DNA of 64,000 nucleotides, taken from Candidatus Dormiibacterota bacterium (lineage in GTDB: Bacteria > Chloroflexota > Dormibacteria > Aeolococcales > Bog-877). The stretch lies in contig DATLRN010000029.1 in the NCBI GenBank assembly GCA_035534695.1, positions 8,771 through 72,770 of the forward strand, written 5' to 3'. The position numbers and the translations under genes are program-made. Positions 60,739 to 64,000 of this stretch are shown one piece after another (positions within the stretch are counted from its first letter, which is position 1; every line of letters begins with the position of its first letter). The notes under the pieces are model-generated. The model saw nothing but the letters and a program-made list of their open reading frames with translations. It made no database searches and was not told the DNA's origin.

Positions 60739-61593
60739 TCAGTGGGCGAGGACAGCGACTCCGGCGGTCCCCAGAAAGAAGACGAAGAGGTACAGCATCG
60801 AGAACCGGAAAAGCTGGCGCGCCCAGCGCATTCCGGATGCTTCGCGCAGTACGAGGATGCTGAGGGCAATGAAGGGAACGCCAAGCAGAACGGATACCAC
60901 CAGCTCCGCCGGTCCCAACCAGATCGCCAGGGTGCAACTGAAGGACACCAGGGCCAGGGTGTAGCCGACGATGCTGGTACGGGTCCTGCGGATCCCGACC
61001 ACGACCGGGCGCATCGGGACGGAAACCGCCGCGTAGTCCCTCCGCACTATCAACGAAAGGGCCCAGAAGTGGGGCGGGGTCCAGAGAAAAACCACCGCGA
61101 ACAGCGCTAGCCCCACGGGACCTAGTCCGTGGGTCACGGCGGCCCAGCCGACTAGCGGCGGAATCGCCCCAGCGGCGCCGCCGATCACGATGTTGGACTT
61201 GGTCGACCGCTTCAGCCAGAACGTGTACACGAAGACGTAGAACGTACCCCCAACCGCTGACAAGACCGCCGCCAGCGGATTTACCAAGGTCAAGAACAGC
61301 AAGAATCCCAGGACGCTGAGCCCCACCCCGAAGGCCAGCGCCCCCCCTGGCTGAATCCGACCGGACGGGAGCGGCCGGTGCCGGGTCCGACCCATCACCG
61401 CATCGATGTCACGATCAAACCAACAGTTGACGGCCGCCGCACCCCCGGAAGCACAGGCCCCGCCGGCTAATGCGGCGGCACTCAGTCCAAGACCCGGCCA
61501 GCCGCGGGCCGCGATCACCATGGCTAAAAACTCCGTGACCAGCAAGAGACTCATGACGCCAGGCTTGGTTAGGCTGGCGTAGTCCCCCACCAA
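60739..61593 (-). CDS. ctaB: Protoheme IX farnesyltransferase (heme O synthase)
   Basis: DYASLTKPGVMSLLLVT, the UbiA-type motif CWFDRDIDAVMGRTRHRPLP, and a polytopic profile. TTG/GTG start in the track. Confidence 0.9.
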   Translation of the reverse strand: MVGDYASLTKPGVMSLLLVTEFLAMVIAARGWPGLGLSAAALAGGACASGGAAAVNCWFDRDIDAVMGRTRHRPLPSGRIQPGGALAFGVGLSVLGFLLFLTLVNPLAAVLSAVGGTFYVFVYTFWLKRSTKSNIVIGGAAGAIPPLVGWAAVTHGLGPVGLALFAVVFLWTPPHFWALSLIVRRDYAAVSVPMRPVVVGIRRTRTSIVGYTLALVSFSCTLAIWLGPAELVVSVLLGVPFIALSILVLREASGMRWARQLFRFSMLYLFVFFLGTAGVAVLAH

Positions 61594-61844
61594 GGCGCCG
61601 ACCGGTCGGCGCGGAATGGCCGCTTCAGACGGGACCCAGGAGCCAGCCGACGACTTCAGGGCTGCACCCCCGTGCGCCGCCTGTACAGTCTCGACGATCG
61701 ACTCAGCGATGGGAATGAACCTCCCGACTAACTGCCCTCACCCGAAACCGGTGCCGGCGCCACACCGGCCGCCATCTTCTCAGACCCGCGATCACCGACG
61801 AATCGGGCCCGCGCGAGCCGCCCCGGCCTCGGTAAGGCTACCGG

Positions 61845-62504
61845 CTAAAGGAAGTAGCAGACAACCCAAGCCAGCAACACGACAGCGCCCAAGAACAGCG
61901 CGAACATCTGGTAGGAGTAAGCCAGCGCCGAGATTGGCGTGGCCACCTCCTCGATGGCGTCCGGACCCGGCATCGCGATGGGATGGGTCGCCTCGTAGCC
62001 GGCTCGATTGGCAAGACTAAGGACCCACAATGCGAGGACCCCAATCTGGATGGTCACCACGATCTGCATCGCAAAGAAGCAGCTCGCGTACCCCCCGCTG
62101 TCGATTCCGTAGCCTACGTGCGAAAGCTGCCAGATCTGAACCACTACCGCCGCCACCAGGAGGAGGGCTGCCAATCTGCCGGTGTTGGTGAAGGATGCGA
62201 GGGTTCTCTGGCTTTGCAGGTGCCTTAGCCCGGAGTGAGCCACCAGTATCCCGACTACCGCCAGTGCCGCAACAGCGACTCCCAGGCCCAGATTGGGAGG
62301 ATGGATCCCCTTCGGCTGCCACATGTGGTCCACGTTGGCCTGCTGCAGGAAGAAGAAGGCGAAGAAGAGCGGGACAAAGAAGAAGAAGTCGGCGCCGATA
62401 AACAGCCAGGTGCCGACCAAGGGGATCCGAGCCACCTGCTCAGGAGAGTGCGCACGCCCGCCAGTTCGCAAGGTGCCAGTCGCCGCGGTGTTGTCCGAAA
62501 TCAT
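61845..62504 (-). CDS. ctaE: Heme-copper (cytochrome c) oxidase subunit III
   Basis: GTWLFIGADFFFFVPLFFAFFFL and five TM segments, directly downstream of subunit I. Confidence 0.85.
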   Translation of the reverse strand: MISDNTAATGTLRTGGRAHSPEQVARIPLVGTWLFIGADFFFFVPLFFAFFFLQQANVDHMWQPKGIHPPNLGLGVAVAALAVVGILVAHSGLRHLQSQRTLASFTNTGRLAALLLVAAVVVQIWQLSHVGYGIDSGGYASCFFAMQIVVTIQIGVLALWVLSLANRAGYEATHPIAMPGPDAIEEVATPISALAYSYQMFALFLGAVVLLAWVVCYFL

Positions 62505-62517
62505 CTTGATACCGTCC

Positions 62518-64000
62518 TCAGATCGCTGGAGCTGGAGTGGGTATCTGTCCAGTGTCAGGCCACTCGGCTATCGGCCGAGTAGTGCCCGGGCCATATTCGT
62601 AAGGGCCCGAAACGATGGTCGGAATTCGCGGGAAGTTGTCGGCCGGGATTGGCGTGGGGATCTGCCACTCCAAAGAGCGGGACTCCCAGGGATTGACCGG
62701 GGCGCGCTCCTTCTGGAAGCCCCATGAATAGACGATGTTGTACAGCCAAATGAGGTTCGACAGACCGAATAGGAACCCGTTCACGGAGATCCAGACGTTG
62801 AGCCCGTGCAGCTCCGCGGCGTACACCGGGCTGCGTCGCACCTGGCCCAGATAACCAGCCGCGAACATCGGCAGGAAGGTCGTGTTGAAGAAAATCAACG
62901 CGGTCCAGAAGTGCCACTTGCCGATCCGTGCATTGAGCATCTTCCCGGTCACCTTGGGGAACCAGAAGTAGCTGGCCGCATAGAGGGCGAAGATCTCCCC
63001 GCCCACAATCGTGTAGTGGAAGTGACCAACCACGAAGAAACTGTCATGCAGCGTCACGTTGAGAGGCACGTCTGAGAGGAACACACCGGTCAGGCCCCCG
63101 ATCAGGAAATTGAACATCACCGCCAAGGCAAAGAGCAACGGCAACTTGAGCCGCAGGTCGGCCTTCCACAACGTGCCGAGCATGTTTAGGAACATCACGC
63201 CCGTTGGAATGGAAATCAGCTCGGTCGCGGTCATGAAGAAGGGCCGCAATCCAGGTGCGACTGAACTGGTGAAAATGTGGTGATTCCACACGAACCAACT
63301 CATCAATGAGACGCCGAGCATTCCTGCGACGGCCAATCGATAGCCGAATAGTGGCTTTCTGGTGAATACCGGCAGTATCTCCAGCACCACTCCGAATGCG
63401 GGGATGATGAAGATGTAGACCTCAGGGTGACCGAAGAACCAGAACATCTCTTGATAGAGCAGTCCGCTCCCGCCACCACCGGCCTCGAAGAAGGATGACT
63501 GCACCGCACGATCGAACCCCACCAACATCAAAGTGCACGCCAAGACCGGTGGTGCGAGAGCTGAGAGGAATTCGACGGCGATCATCGCCCAGGCAAACAT
63601 CGGCATCCGGCTCCACGTCATCCCCGGGGCCCGCATCACGAAGATCGTGGTGAGCAAGTTGATGCCCGCAATGGCCGCTGCGATTCCGATGAAGGCGAAG
63701 CCGACGATGGCCCCGTCCATTCCGATACGAGCCTCCACCGAGAGGGGCGCGTAGAGCCACCAGCCGGTCGGGAACCCGCCGCCGAATCCGGCAAAGATTG
63801 TCGAGTACATGATCAGGGCTCCGAGCGGGACCAGCCAGAAAGCGAATGACTCCAGCCGTGGGAACGCCATTCGCTTGGCGCCGATCATGATCGGGATGAA
63901 GTAGTTCCCGAAGGCACCGATGATCACCAGGGTCGCCACGAACATCATCAGCAGGCCGTGCAACCCCACCAGGGTTTCGTACTGACCTGCCGGCCAAGGG
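62518..64000 (-). CDS. ctaD: Heme-copper oxidase subunit I, N-terminus beyond the window end
   Basis: FFGHPEVYIFIIPAFG, WNHHIFT and GHFHYTIVGG ligand motifs. The ORF continues past 64000. Confidence 0.93.
   Translation of the reverse strand, partial: PWPAGQYETLVGLHGLLMMFVATLVIIGAFGNYFIPIMIGAKRMAFPRLESFAFWLVPLGALIMYSTIFAGFGGGFPTGWWLYAPLSVEARIGMDGAIVGFAFIGIAAAIAGINLLTTIFVMRAPGMTWSRMPMFAWAMIAVEFLSALAPPVLACTLMLVGFDRAVQSSFFEAGGGGSGLLYQEMFWFFGHPEVYIFIIPAFGVVLEILPVFTRKPLFGYRLAVAGMLGVSLMSWFVWNHHIFTSSVAPGLRPFFMTATELISIPTGVMFLNMLGTLWKADLRLKLPLLFALAVMFNFLIGGLTGVFLSDVPLNVTLHDSFFVVGHFHYTIVGGEIFALYAASYFWFPKVTGKMLNARIGKWHFWTALIFFNTTFLPMFAAGYLGQVRRSPVYAAELHGLNVWISVNGFLFGLSNLIWLYNIVYSWGFQKERAPVNPWESRSLEWQIPTPIPADNFPRIPTIVSGPYEYGPGTTRPIAEWPDTGQIPTPAPAI

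Noticed and set aside
1-64000. Search for CRISPR arrays, rRNA, tmRNA, RNase P RNA, SRP RNA, toxin-antitoxin pairs, restriction-modification or other defence cassettes.
   Set aside because: No spaced direct repeats were seen, and none of the conserved RNA signatures I checked by eye were found (GAGGAAAGUCCGG, GGAAGGAAGCAGC, tmRNA termini). No ORFs have defence-type motifs, and the only nuclease-type accessory gene is tnpB. An eye scan can miss things, so cmscan/minced should confirm.

Overview
High-GC (roughly mid-60s % by eye) bacterial chromosomal segment. It is dominated by core information-processing genes, almost all on the minus strand, many joined by 1-8 nt start/stop overlaps. The order runs from high to low coordinates. 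ctaD'(partial)-ctaE-ctaB; rel-hisS-aspS; an RsbW-like anti-sigma plus a SigB/F-type sigma; alaS; an FtsA/PilM-like ATPase and a 581-aa bitopic protein; ruvX-mltG-prepilin peptidase; efp-asp23-nusB-xseA-xseB-DUF212. Then an IS607-type tnpA-tnpB element, followed by nadK-recN-scpA-scpB-rluB-cmk-dinG; CN-hydrolase+nadE; rsmI-tatD-rsmA; an MFS transporter; thrS-infC-rpmI-rplT-pheS-pheT; a methyltransferase; a 3-methyladenine glycosylase; tyrS; yebC-ruvC-ruvA-ruvB-queA-tgt; secDF; rimP-nusA-ylxR-infB-rbfA-nrnA-truB-ribF'(partial). Plus-strand features are few: tRNA-Val(GAC), a VOC/glyoxalase protein, a small Zn-ribbon ORF, a tandem HD-GYP protein and a tiny hydrophobic ORF. No rRNA, CRISPR array or recognisable defence island was seen. 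Five things seem most worth a second look. (1) A two-gene module, an actin-fold ATPase plus a large Thr/Gly/Ser-rich single-pass membrane protein, sits inside the otherwise conserved alaS-ruvX-mltG cluster. (2) An apparently intact IS607-type TnpA/TnpB element has flanks that would rejoin into an 18-bp perfect palindrome, with structured RNA potential at the tnpB 3' end. (3) Several genes (infB, ruvX, infC, possibly ruvC and ctaB) encode conserved N-terminal residues upstream of any ATG/GTG/TTG, next to good Shine-Dalgarno sequences followed by AUH or CUG codons. (4) An AT-rich consensus-like promoter drives a small Zn-ribbon ORF near tRNA-Val. (5) A ~480-bp unexplained non-coding spacer lies upstream of tyrS. 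The long plus-strand ORFs in the track that lie antisense to these genes are high-GC shadow ORFs. The ORF track's M can be ATG, GTG or TTG, and its coordinates include the stop codon. No phylum can be assigned from this window alone.
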